Positions 27,030-46,300 of a stretch of DNA of 64,000 nucleotides are shown here, in pieces. Source of the DNA: Balanoglossus misakiensis. Lineage: Eukaryota; Animalia; Hemichordata. The DNA lies in assembly GCA_040954595.2 (NCBI GenBank), contig CM082583.2:6694849-6758848 (forward strand), written 5' to 3'. A program made the translations under genes and the position numbers. The notes beneath the pieces are model-generated. The model made no database searches. It was not told where the DNA came from and saw only the letters and a list, made by a program, of their open reading frames with translations. How positions within the stretch are numbered: the first letter of the stretch is position 1; each line of letters opens with the position of its first letter.

Positions 27030-28059
27030 CAGTCATTTGGAAGACTCTTACAACTGCCTAACACCATCCCCACATAATTCACACAGTCTAACACCTGAGC
27101 CAAAAAAGGGTGTTCACAGAGACAGAAAACAAAGGTACTAAAAATGACATTACTATAAAATACAACAGCCACACACATCATGATCAAGTTACAAAAAGTT
27201 TACAAATTCAATCAACATATATAACCAGACAGACTCTAATCTACGTTTTTTCTCTTCAATAATATATTCAGGTTCTAAACTAACAAGTCATGCTAAATGC
27301 TACAAAGGACCTCGTATTTGCATTTTTTGAGGTCTCCTTTTTAAATTTCCAAGAATGCCATGTTTTACCCCTTGGTGCAATACTTTGGTCTCACCCAATT
27401 TGTTTTCAATGCAGTATTGTTGGACCTGCACACTAGGAAATGGGGTAGAGAAGGGTTATACAAAGTTTCCAAGTTAATTCTTGTTAGCCTTGCACTTCAA
27501 GCAGTCATATAGGAGTTGATCTTGAGTAAAAAAAGAGGAATAACCCTTTCCCTGCGGTCTTGCAATCAACACCACTATCTGAACAATAGAAAAGTCAGGC
27601 TGGTCACACAGTTGACCCATCCGTGTGCAACATGCATGATACACGCATGTAACTAGAGTTCTATCTGGAATGGTCAAAGGGTGGTTCACTATCTTCAATG
27701 ATTTGACCATGATACATGTTGGCGGGATGATTTTTTTACTCTCTTCCGATCTTTTGTCGGTAAGTAGCTGGAAAATCTGATCTGGAGCGGTGTGGGGCCA
27801 AATCACACGTACACATCACACCACCACCTTGAACTGTGCCGAACTGTTCTTACTGTGGGAAGGAATGCTACTTCTTTTGAAATTTCTCCATCACATCAGA
27901 CTTAGCTGGGGTCTTACGACTATTAAAAGTCTGCCATTTTCACGAAAATGTATCATGTATTTGTAATATTCTTTTTTTCTTATCCATAGTTCTGTCTCCA
28001 GGAATATTGCCTGATTTGCCACCACAAGTTTCGATCTAAGAAAACTTCATTTCAAGCTG

Positions 28060-28370
28060 TACATACAACTATCAAACTTCCAGTCAGATTCTATACATAA
28101 ATAGCAAATTTCTCGTCGTATTTTACACATAAATAGCCAACGTCCCCTCACTTTCTACATGTACACATAACTGGCAAACTTGCTACCTAATCGTACCCGT
28201 AACTAGCAAACATCTTGTCACTGCTACATATACCGCTAACTAGCAAACTTCTCTTCGTAATGTACACAGAACTAACAACTTCCCTGTCACCACAGATAAC
28301 TAGCAAACATCCACTCAGCTAACTAGCAAATATCCATCCAGTTTCTATACGTAGCCAGCAAACTTGCTAC
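28060..28370. repeat. Degenerate minisatellite, about 10 units of 20-35 bp, core TAACTAGCAAAC
   Basis: Recurrent ACATAAATAGCAAA / ATAACTGGCAAAC / TAACTAGCAAAC with variable spacers, downstream of the MAP2K1 stop. Confidence 0.75.
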
Positions 28371-29978
28371 CCGGTTGTACAATCATGCAAAGTGCTACCA
28401 AGGGAAGAAAACTTACACTACGCAATCTCCTAAAGTTTGGCGACAGAAACCGGTCACGGAATTGCTCCCCGATTCTCATTGCATGCTTCACATTTTTGAT
28501 AGTTGCATCTAGTGTTCTCACAACTTAAAATAAAAAAAGGAAAAAACCTGAACTTCCTGTTTTGCTCTTGAAAAGTTAACATCAAATAGACACACCTCAA
28601 GAACCACAGAAAAACATTATCTGACTGGACTAACGTCTGCCTCAGCAGAACTACTACATTCCTATATTACATAAAATGGTACGACTACATTTCTATTACA
28701 TAAAATGGTGGCGTAACAGCCCACTTTCATTACTTCTTGTGGTGGCTTTCCCTAACAATGATTGGATACCACACCCTTCTCTGTAGATTTACGGCATCAG
28801 TAAATGTAATTCATGATTGGTTGTGTCAATGAATGCTTTGAATTTGGTTCCGTCAGTAAATATCACAAATTATTGTATCTTCAGAATGGGCCCAACATGA
28901 GTGAAGTGTATCTTTTAAACTTCTTCCGTGCTGGCCATGAAAATTGCACCTTTTTTTTATCTAGTGTATACTCTCTGCAAAATGCTTCGACAATTTTACC
29001 TCCCAGTGAGGAAATGTCGGGAAATGAGCATTATACTTCTCGATAGGTCAAAGAATGCAATAAATATTCTACATTATATTATATTATACCATCAAAGAAT
29101 TTCATGTGAATAATGATCCATTAGGTTATACTGTCAGTCAATGTTACTTCTTCGTGGAGTTATGAGTGAAGATCAAAACTTTCTTTGGTCAGTGAATGTA
29201 ATAGAAAATGTAACTTCACATTATACTTTCTATGAATTCCACGAATGATAAACTTGTCAGTCAAAGTTACTTTTTCATTGAGTTACAGTATTGAGGAGTG
29301 AATACCAAACATTTGTCAGGTCAGTGAATGCTACACATACTGTACCCTCAACATTATGCTATCCTCTGAATGAATTTCACAAACATTACTACCTATTCAC
29401 TCAGTTATCCTGTCGATCAATGTGATAATTGCTTTACTTTTGAAATGACAGAGAATATCATGATTACCGCGCAGCTTTAATTCTGCCACTATACAGCGAG
29501 TGAAGTCTGTCACTCTCGACATCAACGAAACTAGAAAACGACCATTTCATTGGGTTATGTGGTTAGTCAATGATCACAATTAGTGTACCTGTAGTCCTTC
29601 TCATTGCATTCAACTGACTGTAAGAGACCATTCATTAGGGCCTACAATGAATGATCCTTTTTGTATTAAGCTGACAGTGAGTGACCACTGTATTAAAATT
29701 CAGTGAGTATCAGGTTAGTGAATGTTTCATTAGGTCAGCGAATGCTACATTGTCCAACTCATAAGGGTTTCTTTCCAGACAGAACCAGTGCAGTAAATAG
29801 TTTTAACAAGTCCTTACTGTACAGTATCAAACTAATATCTTTCTTTCATATAATAATATCTTCATATACACTCTATGTGACATGTGTTCACACTATTCAA
29901 TATGGCATTATATATATATTTATATATACACAGATCGTCCATTGGTGTCCTGTTCAGTACTGGGTCACGTGTAATAAT

Positions 29979-35072
<5,094 letters not shown>

Positions 35073-36601
35073 GTTATTGTCTTGCATTCTTTCCCGACTA
35101 CACGATCTTACGACTGCATGTGTGCAATGGCTGTGACCGTGATCGGGTGGTGGAAATTTAGCTGAAATTCACTCAGCTTTCGCCGTCAAATTATCTGTGG
35201 ATAGACGACTGGGGTCAAATTGTCGATATCCCATAATACTAAGAATACCAACACGCATGCGTGCGAACTGGGGAGCAGGAAATCGAGAAATCGACGAAGT
35301 GGTTGTTTCCGTACGTGTCCTGACATATATATGTCATACACGTGCCGCACTAATAGATCTTGGCAAAGTAACAGTAGGCGAGGCCAGGAAACAGTTAAAT
35401 ACAATTGGTTATTAAGGTGCAGTCGCCAGACACCGAGTTGAGACAGAGTAATTTGTTAGAAAAGGTGTATTAACAATAGCAATCTTTTAAAATGTAGCCC
35501 CAATATTGACGATTCTTGTGTGAGCTTTTCTTTCGTGGCCAGCTCTGCTATTGATCGGCTTGCAGTTAATACCATGGACAATTTACTGGAATATTTTAAT
35601 TTAGAAAACAATCACCAATAATCACCAAACCTTGAAAGTTGACTTTTCACCCCATACCTCCGGTCATGAAAAGCAACATTCAAAGGAAAAAGTGGTAAAG
35701 GCAAAGACAGAAAGAGGCCTTTTGAGAAATCAAAAGACGTTGCCATGTTGTTGTTTTTCGGAGTGGCAGTTTATACAACCAGGAACCGATCTTTGTTATC
35801 AAAACAAATGGACTGTAACCAGCTTTAAAACTCGACAGGTGGTTGTTAATCTTCGCTTGCCAGATCTCGGAGCTTTCATCTAGTATTTGATGGCGCCACC
35901 AACGGCGACGGGTGGCGCACCGCGCATTCCGTGATAAATATGACGAGTAATTATATGCTCCATACAATTTATTAAAATGGTTTAACTGCCCAGGAAACCA
36001 TTCACAGAATTCTGCATTTTATACTTTTAGTTCAGTTTAATTCAACTCCCATCAATGCAACGATTACATATATTTTAATAAAACAAATATAGCTGTCGGA
36101 GACACTATAGGCCTACAGTCTTGATTACCGTGACATGTTTGGCAAAAGCTGCGCTCCATGAAATAATCTCATGCACAGTGTCTCAAGGAATTTCCCAACA
36201 TTTATAGTATGCCCTGTGTCTGATTGGTGTCAGTCCGATCCACCCTCTGTAAGCATTGAACCAGAGGAATTTAGACCCGTCTGATACTAGTAGTAGCTAA
36301 CAGACACATACAGACAGACATTTCGCCCTTTGTGACATGATATGATTTATATTATAAAACTACACCTTTGATTTTAAGTATCAATTCAGTTGTTGAAATA
36401 CTTCGCACTGTATTTTATTCAGTCTCTAAGTAGCACAAGATTCACAATTATCAAATGATAAGGCAAGGATCGATATTCAGCTCAAGTCATTGATTTCTTC
36501 TCAGATATTCGTTATTGGCTAGAAAAATCTCATAAAAGCAACGGCTATCGCAAAAGTTAAGTATGGACAGCAACGTTTTCACACGTCAGATTGTAGCCTT
36601 C

Positions 36602-39600
36602 TCATTTCTGCTCCAATTTCACAGTTACCTGGAACATAATAAAAATTCAGTTTAGATTAATATAGTTACCGTCATACATGTATATTGTTTTCAACTCGTA
36701 AGTTGCTATCAAAGTTGTAAAAATGAACTAGTTTTCTTCAATATACGATTCGAGATCGTTTTTATAGAAATGGAAACTTAGGGCGCGGAAAATCAAGTTA
36801 TATTTTAACCCTTTTGGTGACGTCACGTCTGTGTTGGCAAAAGAACGCAGATATGAAGATATGTGAATGATGATATGTAAGTAAATGGTCGATTACCGTT
36901 TTTACTTCTGTGTATTCCTGAAGACCATACTCCCCTCTGTGTGTAAATAAGAGAGAGTAGCATTTGTGGCTAGAGAGCTATCATCACAAAATAGCAGCAA
37001 CAAGAAGAATATCTAGATTCCGACTAGTTTCGATTGAAACGAAATAACAAAACTACAAACTTACAGTTCACGTCCATTGCCGGACATTTTGAAGCCACCA
37101 AACGTACCCTGACACGGAATGTGCAAAAACGTATTCACCCTATGTGTTATAAAACAGAAGAATATTGTAAATGTCTAGTCCCTCGTGTAGAGCGTAGCCG
37201 CATGTCATTCGGGGAGGCAATGCCATGGAAAAGGTACACACATATGTACCACGGTTTTGATCTCTGCCCAACCTGCCCCCATCCTCAGTGTTGAAAGCCA
37301 AAGAAAGGCAAGCCATCCATCTGTGACGAAATTGATTAATATCAGACCTTACCACACTGTGCCTGCATCAATGCTATTGGCAATGGTCAAAGCCTTGTCG
37401 ATGTCCTTCGTGATGACCCCAGCTGAAAGTCCATACGTAGTCTTGTTGGCTCTTTCAACAGCTTCCTCGATAGTCTTGAACTTGAAAATCTGCTGGACTG
37501 GGCCAAAAATCTTAGGATAGGGACAAATAGAAATAAAATTGGCATCATATAATTCTAGAAGTATGCTGATATCCATCATCGTCGTCGTCGTCATCACCAT
37601 CATCATCATCATCATCATCATCATCACCACCACCAAACAAATTGTACGAAGTGATTTACCTCCTCCTTTGCAATGCGCATGTCGTCGCTGACGTCGGAGA
37701 AAACTGTGCTCTCAATGAAGTAGCCACTGTCGCCAACGCGATTACCTCCACATTCCAATTTCGCGCCTTCCTTTTTGCCACTTTCTATCAGCTCCATGAT
37801 TTTATCGAACTGTTCTTGATTTATCTGTCATCCATAACATAAGTAACATAACATGACATGACATAACATAAGACTATCAGAATTCATGATTGTCGAAATA
37901 CAAATATTTATGCTTTCAGGTCTTTACAGGTAATTGGATTATCACTTTACAAATGTAGGCCAACTTATAAAGTAAAGGTGCATTTCCAGTATGACCTATC
38001 TAACCATAAAGTTATGACTTCTAAAATTATATCGCTAAAATGTCTTCCTTTTGGTCCACATATTTGAAGAGGATTTGGGACATGCATAAGTAACGGTTGA
38101 GATACAAACCTGTGGGCCAGATTCAGTTGACCGCTCATATGGATCGCCAATAACACGTCGTTTGGCCCGGGCCACACTTTTCTTCACAAACTCATCGTAA
38201 ATGTCTTCGTGAACGAACGTTCTCGAGCCAGCACAACATATTTGACCCATGTTGACAAAAAGTGCTTGGTGGCCAACTTCCACAGCATAATCGACTGGAG
38301 GTAAATTGTAAAAGTTTTGAAAGATTTAAAATCCGGGGCTTTAATGTTCCCAGATGGATAACTAGTATTTTATGGTGAAGTTGTGAGTTGATGTTTACAT
38401 GGATGTAAGTAACTATAGTAACACTTACGATCAGCATCCGTGAAGACAATAAGAGGACTCTTTCCGCCCAATTCCAAGGAGACGCGTTTTAAGTTCGATT
38501 TTCCAGAAGCTTGCTGAATCAAGCAGCCAACCTAATAAAATGACAAGCATATACTAGCAATTAGCATTCCAGACTTGAATTTGAATTTCACTTCTAATAA
38601 AAATAAGCCAGCATTATTGGTTCAGGCTCTATAAGATAGAAGGTACGTTGGCAGTCGGCACATGTTGCTCATTTCGGCCGACACTCCCCATATCTAACCC
38701 ACCTCTGTAGATCCGGTGAAGGCCACTTTATCGACGTCCATGTGTTCAGCGATGGCGGCGCCAGCAGTTGGACCGTATCCGGGGATAACATTGACAACGC
38801 CCGGAGGGAACCCAGCCTGGTGGCGGAGAAGTGAAATGGATTTACCACTGACAGATTCTTCGATGGTCAAGTTACGTGGTTGTCAAAGGATAAACAAGGA
38901 CTCCAGAAATGTTCTTTGACTGATTAAACATACATGCATGGATGTAGAGTATTAGTATTTCACCATCTCGGGGATAAAACTGCAGTGTATGAAGCAAACT
39001 CATTCAAAGGTGAACACTTCATATCATGAAATCTTATGTTTGTATAGTGTCATTGAGTAATCGCGAATTTTATAACCAAGATATAACGTAACCTAGGCTC
39101 AACCTTCATTACATGTCACGATAGGTATATACCTAGCTGACTCATGGAAGAAATCCTCAAACACTATTTTCAAGTGTTTTTTTCTGACAAAAAGTCAAGA
39201 TATGCCACAAAATCTGAACTTTAAGCTTAAAAATCCTATTTATATTGCTGGTAGTCTACCTCTTTGATGAGACTTCCCATATACAGAGCTGTTAGTGGCG
39301 TCTGTTCAGCCGGTTTGACAATGCAAGTACATCCACAGGCCAATGCCGGAGCGATTTTCCAGGAGAACATGGTAATAGGATAGTTCCATGGGATGATCTG
39401 ACCGCATACGCCAACAGGTTCATGGCGGGTGTAGCAAAAGAAAGGCCCGTCTGGAGGGAAATCATATTTATAAACATATAACCTTGAAACTTTCGAAGCC
39501 AATTTTCAAGTATAATACACTGTAAGAGCTCCCATAGCAAATGCGTGCAACGAAAGGGAACGAACCGTGGTCCTTAAAGACTGGAAGCGCAATTACTAAG

Positions 39601-42220
39601 TAGTCAACGATAAAATTTCCACATGGGTTCTGTCCCTTTCATTCATTCATTCATTCATTCATTCATTCATTCATTCATTCATTCATTCATTCATTCATTC
39701 ATTCATTCATTCATTCATTCATTCATTCATTCATTCATTCGATCAGTCAGTCGTCAGTCAGTCAGTCAGTCAGTCAGTCAGTCAAACTGCAGATAGCAAC
39801 CGGAAAACATGTCATATCATGGTTGTCGACTTTAACTTCGATCCTACTCATAAACATCGCAATTGCCGAGGCGATGAGTTTCGGATATGGATCGAGCAAG
39901 ACGTACCAACTGGAATGGTTTTGCCATGAATCTTGTCTGCAAAGCCTGCATAATATCTCAACACGCCCGCAGCACCATTGACACTTGAGCGGGATGATGT
40001 GTATGGCTTGCCATTGTCCAGAGTTTCCAATTTCTTACAAAGTGGAGAAGCAGAGAAAAAATGTAAGATCATTTCTAGTCGTTAAAAAATTATGGGCATT
40101 GAAAGGCAACCCCACTCTGTCGGGATCGGAGACGTACTGTACGCGTATAGGCCCTGCCTGGGTCTCTGAATCGATGCTGTGTCACTCTGTACATTATAAA
40201 ATGTATGGGGTTATATTAGCGTACTGTCAATAAGATCTGTATGTGCAAAATAAGTTCAAATGCAGAACACAGGTTCACTATTCCCGAGTAATATGTCGCT
40301 CTCTGCGGTAGATGTACCCGATGTACCTATTTTCAACCCACGAACCTCACTGGCACGGACTGGACTCGCACGTCTGCATAGAAATATAAAACTTCGTCAG
40401 GTGGTATACAAGATAACTTCCATCACTTTCTAATACAGATAATTTTTACTCACGGCAATATAATCAGCATCTCTCTCAACCAACTCGGCGAGTTTATAAA
40501 GAAGTTTTCCTCTAACCGAGGCATCCATTGATCGCCATGGTGACCCACGTTTAAACGCAGCCCTCGCCGCTTTTACCGCTACGTCGACATCGGCCTAGAC
40601 GAGATGAATAAAAACACATTCTTCGTTTGTCCAACTCTAAGCTAATTTCGTAGCCACATAGATTACTATTTGTTTGAAAGAAAACGTTTCTCGCTATTCT
40701 AATTTTATTGGCAAAGATCCCAATGTAACCTTTGGATCGATCATTATGCTTTCAACACGTATATATTATTTTGACTGATTGTCGTATCATTTTAAACACG
40801 ACTATGCCTATTGTAAAAATAATTGATCATACTAAACGTCGTCTGCCAGAAGAGCCTCCACTAACATTAATCAGCAGAGACAGGCGAAACATTTATACAT
40901 GTGAACCACACGTGATTCATCCTTACCTTATCTCCTTCTTGAACATCACATATCTTGGTGCAATTGACAGGGTTTTCAGTTGGAAAGGTTTTCCCGCTCA
41001 CGGAATTGACGAATTCATTATTGATGAAAATCTACACGAAGTTTAAAAAGTATAGATAAAGACTCAGTATAAAAGCACACCCGCACATTCGCAAGCGGTT
41101 TATTTTTTACAGCAATGCTTCACCATCTGTTGCCAAGGTGAAACTCTCATTACATCACAGCTAATACTAGTATCCTTGGATTCGGGTATTACTAGTAATT
41201 GTATGTATGTACCACAATTCATGTGAGGTTTGAATCCTCAACACCACCCCCTCCCCGCGGATATCAAATGATCAACCCCTAATTTGCGATGACCAAGCAT
41301 TTTTACAGCCTGGCTCTTCCGTTAAAAGCTTCAAGGTGTTTGCGAAATTTTCTATCGAACCAGCAGGTAAATGGCAAATGCATGATATGTAGGAACTGCC
41401 TATGTAGCGTGTATGCGCATAGTGACTTGGAGCCCACAGGCATCATGTGGTTATACCTTGCGAAAACAGGGTTAGGCCTACTGAACAGATTCTTTCCATG
41501 TCTAAAGTTAGAGATAGGGTAATAAACCAATAGACCCTGGCGAAATATTTCTCCGGGGTCTATGAATAAACCAACTGTTTGGTTCAACAGCTGGTCGATA
41601 ACAATGTGGTGACAAAGGTGAAAGATTGGGATACCATATCACATCCCAGACATAACTACTTAAATCTGTCTGACCTCAAAATGTCGCTCTTCAGTGAAAT
41701 GTTCCACTTTGTGAAATGTACGCCTACTATAAGCTTATCAATTAAACATTTGAAGACATTCACGTGAGGGGTCACGCATGACTTTAAGGCCTATGTGACC
41801 CCCCCCCCCCCCCCAGTCCGTATCAGATCTAGGGCAGGGCCACAAGGGAGGGCCTATAGCCCGGGTGGGTGGGTCATTGTGTGGTTGGGATGGGCTCCAC
41901 CGAAGATCCAGGTACACCATGCTATGTCCGAGACAGTCCCATTTTAAAGTGCATAAGTGGGAAGTAATTTTAATGGCCTTGATATATATAATTTAAAGTA
42001 GGTCACGTTGCGTTCGGTTGAACATGTTGAATGCCCCATGAGTGAAGTCGAGACTAGACTGCAGGCCCACGAGATTTTATTCTGAGCTGCAGCACCACCA
42101 AAAACATTGATGCTACTGATTCTGAAACTCTAGAAATCCTTGCGAACTAACCTATTTTTGACATGGACGTACCTGAGTGTATTTCACCTCCGGTGGCTGT
42201 ACCTTTTCAGAGCTCGCCAT
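36602..42220 (-). CDS. ALDH1A: Cytosolic aldehyde dehydrogenase, ALDH1A (retinal dehydrogenase-like) family, about 492 aa, 13 exons
   Basis: Exons 42173-42220, 40927-41031, 40454-40594, 39907-40033, 39260-39450, 38703-38816, 38429-38531, 38110-38294, 37660-37824, 37353-37510, 37065-37139, 36897-36936, 36602-36628. Motifs are [30 protein letters not shown] (catalytic Glu), GQICCAGSR (catalytic Cys), EEIFGP and [12 protein letters not shown]. The N-terminus is short with no mitochondrial leader. Confidence 0.93.
39638..39784. repeat. (CATT)n + (CAGT)n microsatellite
   Basis: Visible directly, in ALDH intron 4. Confidence 0.95.
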
Positions 42221-42500
42221 ATCGTTGTTGAAGTCTTGGGTCTTCTAACTGTAATGATAATATGCTTGTTGGACTAGTGACAAAACCGTCACGTGTGCTT
42301 GTTGACCCCGGCTGATGCGGTGGCAGCATAGACGTGGACCCTCAACGAAACACAGAAGGCAAAGGGTCACATCCAATAAATTCGCTCATTGTTGGTTAAA
42401 ACATACTTGAAGTAAATACTATAACAGTTACGTTTATGTTTGTTCGAAGATAAAGATACTGTGTATTCATGTATAAATCGGTGCATCAATGGGATAATCC

Positions 42501-42615
42501 TAGCTGTGGTAACACAGCTGTACTGTTGGGGGAGGGGGGGGGGGGGGGCTGATTACCCCAACCGACAATCAGCCCCCCCCCCCCCCACAATGGTATAGCT
42601 GCGTTACCACAGCTA
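42501..42615. mobile_element. 115-bp foldback MITE with target-site duplication, upstream of ALDH1A
   Basis: Arms TAGCTGTGGTAAC...polyG-CTGATT and AATCAG-polyC...GTTACCACAGCTA. The direct repeat GGGATAATCC lies at 42491-42500 and 42616-42625. Confidence 0.8.
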
Positions 42616-43369
42616 GGGATAATCCCGGGGGGGGGGGGGAGGCAAATGAGAAAAAGATCTTAAAACCATTTTTGTGTAAATCATCTAGACTCCATACCTT
42701 CATCCTTTGGTTGAATAATCACCAACTAGGAAGTCATCGGAAACGTATATTTCATTAAATCAATAGATGCTTTATTTCCATATGAATCATATAAGATATC
42801 CACAACACGGGAAACCCCCATTTACTTCCTGTTTGTAACACAAAAGCAACAGAAATAAAATTGTCCACGTTTTATTAGTTTTCAAGAAATTGATACAACT
42901 CATTACTCAAACATACAATACAAAGACGTTTTCTCCCCTTATAAAGTACCTCAAGATCACCTTTCTCACTGTTTTCTTTTAATTTTATTTGCACTACATG
43001 TATTACTGTTTCATCTTTAGCTGTTCTGAAAATTAAGCTCAAAATGTAAATCTGAGATGAAGAGCCCCTGATTATGAAATTACATGGGAAAAATGTAATT
43101 TGTAAATTGTGGTCCTTTTGCTTTTTGCTCACAAAAATATAGAAATATCACCAGACTTCAATAATACAATTGCACTACAACAGGCATGACAACTACATTT
43201 TCAAAATAACTTGCCATTCACATTGTTTTAATTTCAAAGTTTACATCAATTCATGCATTGGTTCTTTCCTGAATGAATGGCTGGCTTCAGGTTGTTTTCA
43301 TTATTTACGGTAAACAGACATTGCAGCATCGTTCCCCACGGCAACACCACATCAACTGTAGCTGGCGGC

Positions 43370-46300
43370 TCACATCTTTGCATGTTGTTGAAATATTGTT
43401 CCAGCTCTCTGCATCAACATGATGTTCCCAGCTACCTTCAGTTTTCCTTGGAAGAAAGCCTTGAACAGAAAGCAATGAAGAATTCACGACATGTAGCAAA
43501 CAGATGGCTCACAGGAATATTTCATGATAGAATTTGAACTTAAAATACATACTTCTAACATGCATGGGGATTGCATACATGTTATTGTTTTCTCTTAATT
43601 TGTTGCTTTTTTTTTTGCATGGTTGTTTGTTTTTGTTTTGTTTTGTGATAACATTTACTCTCATTTCCTGATGCCTCGAGAGTCTCAGTAATATCCTACC
43701 TGCTGTGGATTCAGTTTGCCGATTACCAGATCACCAAAGTCCTTCTCTGACGTCGTAATTGTGCAATCTGCCTTTGTCTTAGGGGGTCCTTTGTACACCT
43801 CACCAGTGCCAGGGGGTCCACTCTTCAGATCAACAGCTGGAAGAAATTGAAGTTCGCATTAATTTACATGATTAATAAATAGACAGGCACAAGGAAGGAA
43901 ATCAAATCGTTCCCTTTCACAGTACATTGTATGTAGTCACGTCAAACTGGCACATTGTCAGTGGTAAATTATAGACAGGCAACATTCTTCAAAATGTTCC
44001 TTTTGCCTTAAGAAACTGTCCTTAAGGTGGTAGAATTAGGCTACATTAAAGAAGTTTGCTTCAAATTTTCAGGATATCTTCCTTGCTAAATGTCTCGTCA
44101 ATTAAAAATCAATGCAAATCAAGTGTTGACTATCACTTACTATACTCAGAGATAACTTTCTTTCCATCAGTCATTCTGTACAGGAAAACCCCTCGAACTT
44201 TCTTGGTCTCTTCCGGGAACTCATTGACACGTCTGCCCATTTCCTTGAATATCAAGTCCACTGGGCTCCCAGCACTTACTTCCTGAGAGAAAAATGAAAT
44301 TGAACATCTAAAGCATGTGGCATTTGCTTTCGAATATACTGTCCTTCAAATGTGATATGGCAAATCAGTTTTATAATTTTCCCTTTCAAGTTTAAATATA
44401 TATGATGGTAGATTGTGCCACTCACCTCTGCTGAGTCACTGGCTACGTCTGCTGGTTTTCCAACCAAATCGACGTAAGCACCAGACAGACAGACATCACC
44501 AGTCTCACCAACCTTGCAATGAGTAGAAAAAGGCAGAAAAAGACAGATGATGAAGGCATCCTCTTTCAAATACGCTACTTAAAAATGGTTTGATCACATA
44601 CACTTTGCAATAAATGTCAAACTTGAGTACAAAAGTCACATTATTCAGATAAACAAAAGCAAAGGAATACACATCTTACAACAATGAGGGCAGTATAACA
44701 TACGTAAACTCGTAGTGTTATACGTTAAGACGTATTTTAGAGCTCACCTTGCATTGAAAATATATTCTGTTTCCTTCTTTCCACATCTCAGTTTGAATTG
44801 TCTGACCTGGAAGAACTGTTTTTGCAAATCTGACCTTTAGAGAAAGAAATTCAGAAAAAGAAATGTTGTTTATGACAGGAGATAGAGAATATACATGGAG
44901 AAATACAGAATGATTTATTCTTGAAACGTGCAGAATAAACTATTCAAAATAAATGAGTTATGCGTGCCACATAATTTCACAAAATTTTCAACAAAGCCAC
45001 ATGGACGATGATTCCACCAGACAAAATCTGTTGCTAAGTTACCTTAATGGACTTGAACTTTTCAACGTCATTTCCGGCGTACTGCTTGAGAACGTGACGA
45101 CCCGCATAGCCGAAGCTACACAGACCATGTAGGATGGGCTTGGAGAATCCGCCCATGGCAGCAAAGTTGGGGTCGAGGTGCAAAGGGTTCTTATCTCCAC
45201 TCAGTCTGTACAGAGCAGCCTGATCAATGGATGTCTTCTCCGAAATAACTGCATCCGGTTTTCTGGAAGGGGGCTTCAGTGTGGGCTGTGCAGAGGAGAA
45301 GATAATGATCATTACTACATTTACACGGAATAAATTCACAAAGAAGAGAGAAATAATTTTCAACATGTGTGGTCTAAGCCCGTCTAACTACATGCAACAT
45401 AAAAACTGAAACAGAGAGAAAACTAACTCTAATCGACATTATAAAGAGTAATATGAACAAGTTAAATATCAAACGGGTGCCGCAACTGTTTAATCAGTCT
45501 CCACGTAAAAAGAGTACACAACTATTGTGGCATGTGTCGCCAAGAGATGACAAACTGATGCTTTGTACTTTACCTTCTGTTTATCTGAATTTCTCCTGCC
45601 TCCAAATCCTCCAGCTCCAACAACAAAAGTGGTGAATTGATTCGTCAACAGCAACTCATTGTTTTCATCATACGTATGGACTGCAAGCAGAGGGAAACAG
45701 AAGTCTATCAGCTAAATCCCATTGAAAAAAAGACCACAGAATTGAAAAGTGGTCTGGTGATAAACGGACATCTGTGCCATCACTTCCCAACATTAACACT
45801 ATCCTGCATACTCAGGTAAAACGATCTGATAAGATTAACACACTTAGTCTTTCACCCCTATTTCACTCTACAGAGGTCGAACTTTGCCACCGAAAACAAT
45901 GCATTTGGACCAAACCATGGTAGTGAAAGGGTTGAAACTGACTCACTGTCTTGGATGATGACTGCTCCTGATCCCTTGTCAATGACATCAGCTATCGTCG
46001 CCTCATTGCGCAATACGCCCGATGTAGGCAATGGTTTGTGTACTTCCAAGTACTGTTCACCATGCAGGATCTGTGCAGCAAATAAAATTTTATAACAATA
46101 ATAGTAATTTAATAATAATAATAATAATATTAATATGCCAGAAAATTGTAAATGTTCATTACAATATAAGTGACAGTTTGCTATTCGACCACTGAATCTA
46201 CCAAGTTCTCCTCAATATTCACTATGCAATGGAGTGATATTTCTGACTTTTCAGACTGTGGTATGCCATACCCTGCCATCAGAAAATGCGAGCTCCGCTT

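Noticed and set aside
28060-28370. CRISPR-like repeat-spacer array
   Set aside because: Repeats are short and degenerate with irregular spacing, there are no cas genes, and the context is eukaryotic.
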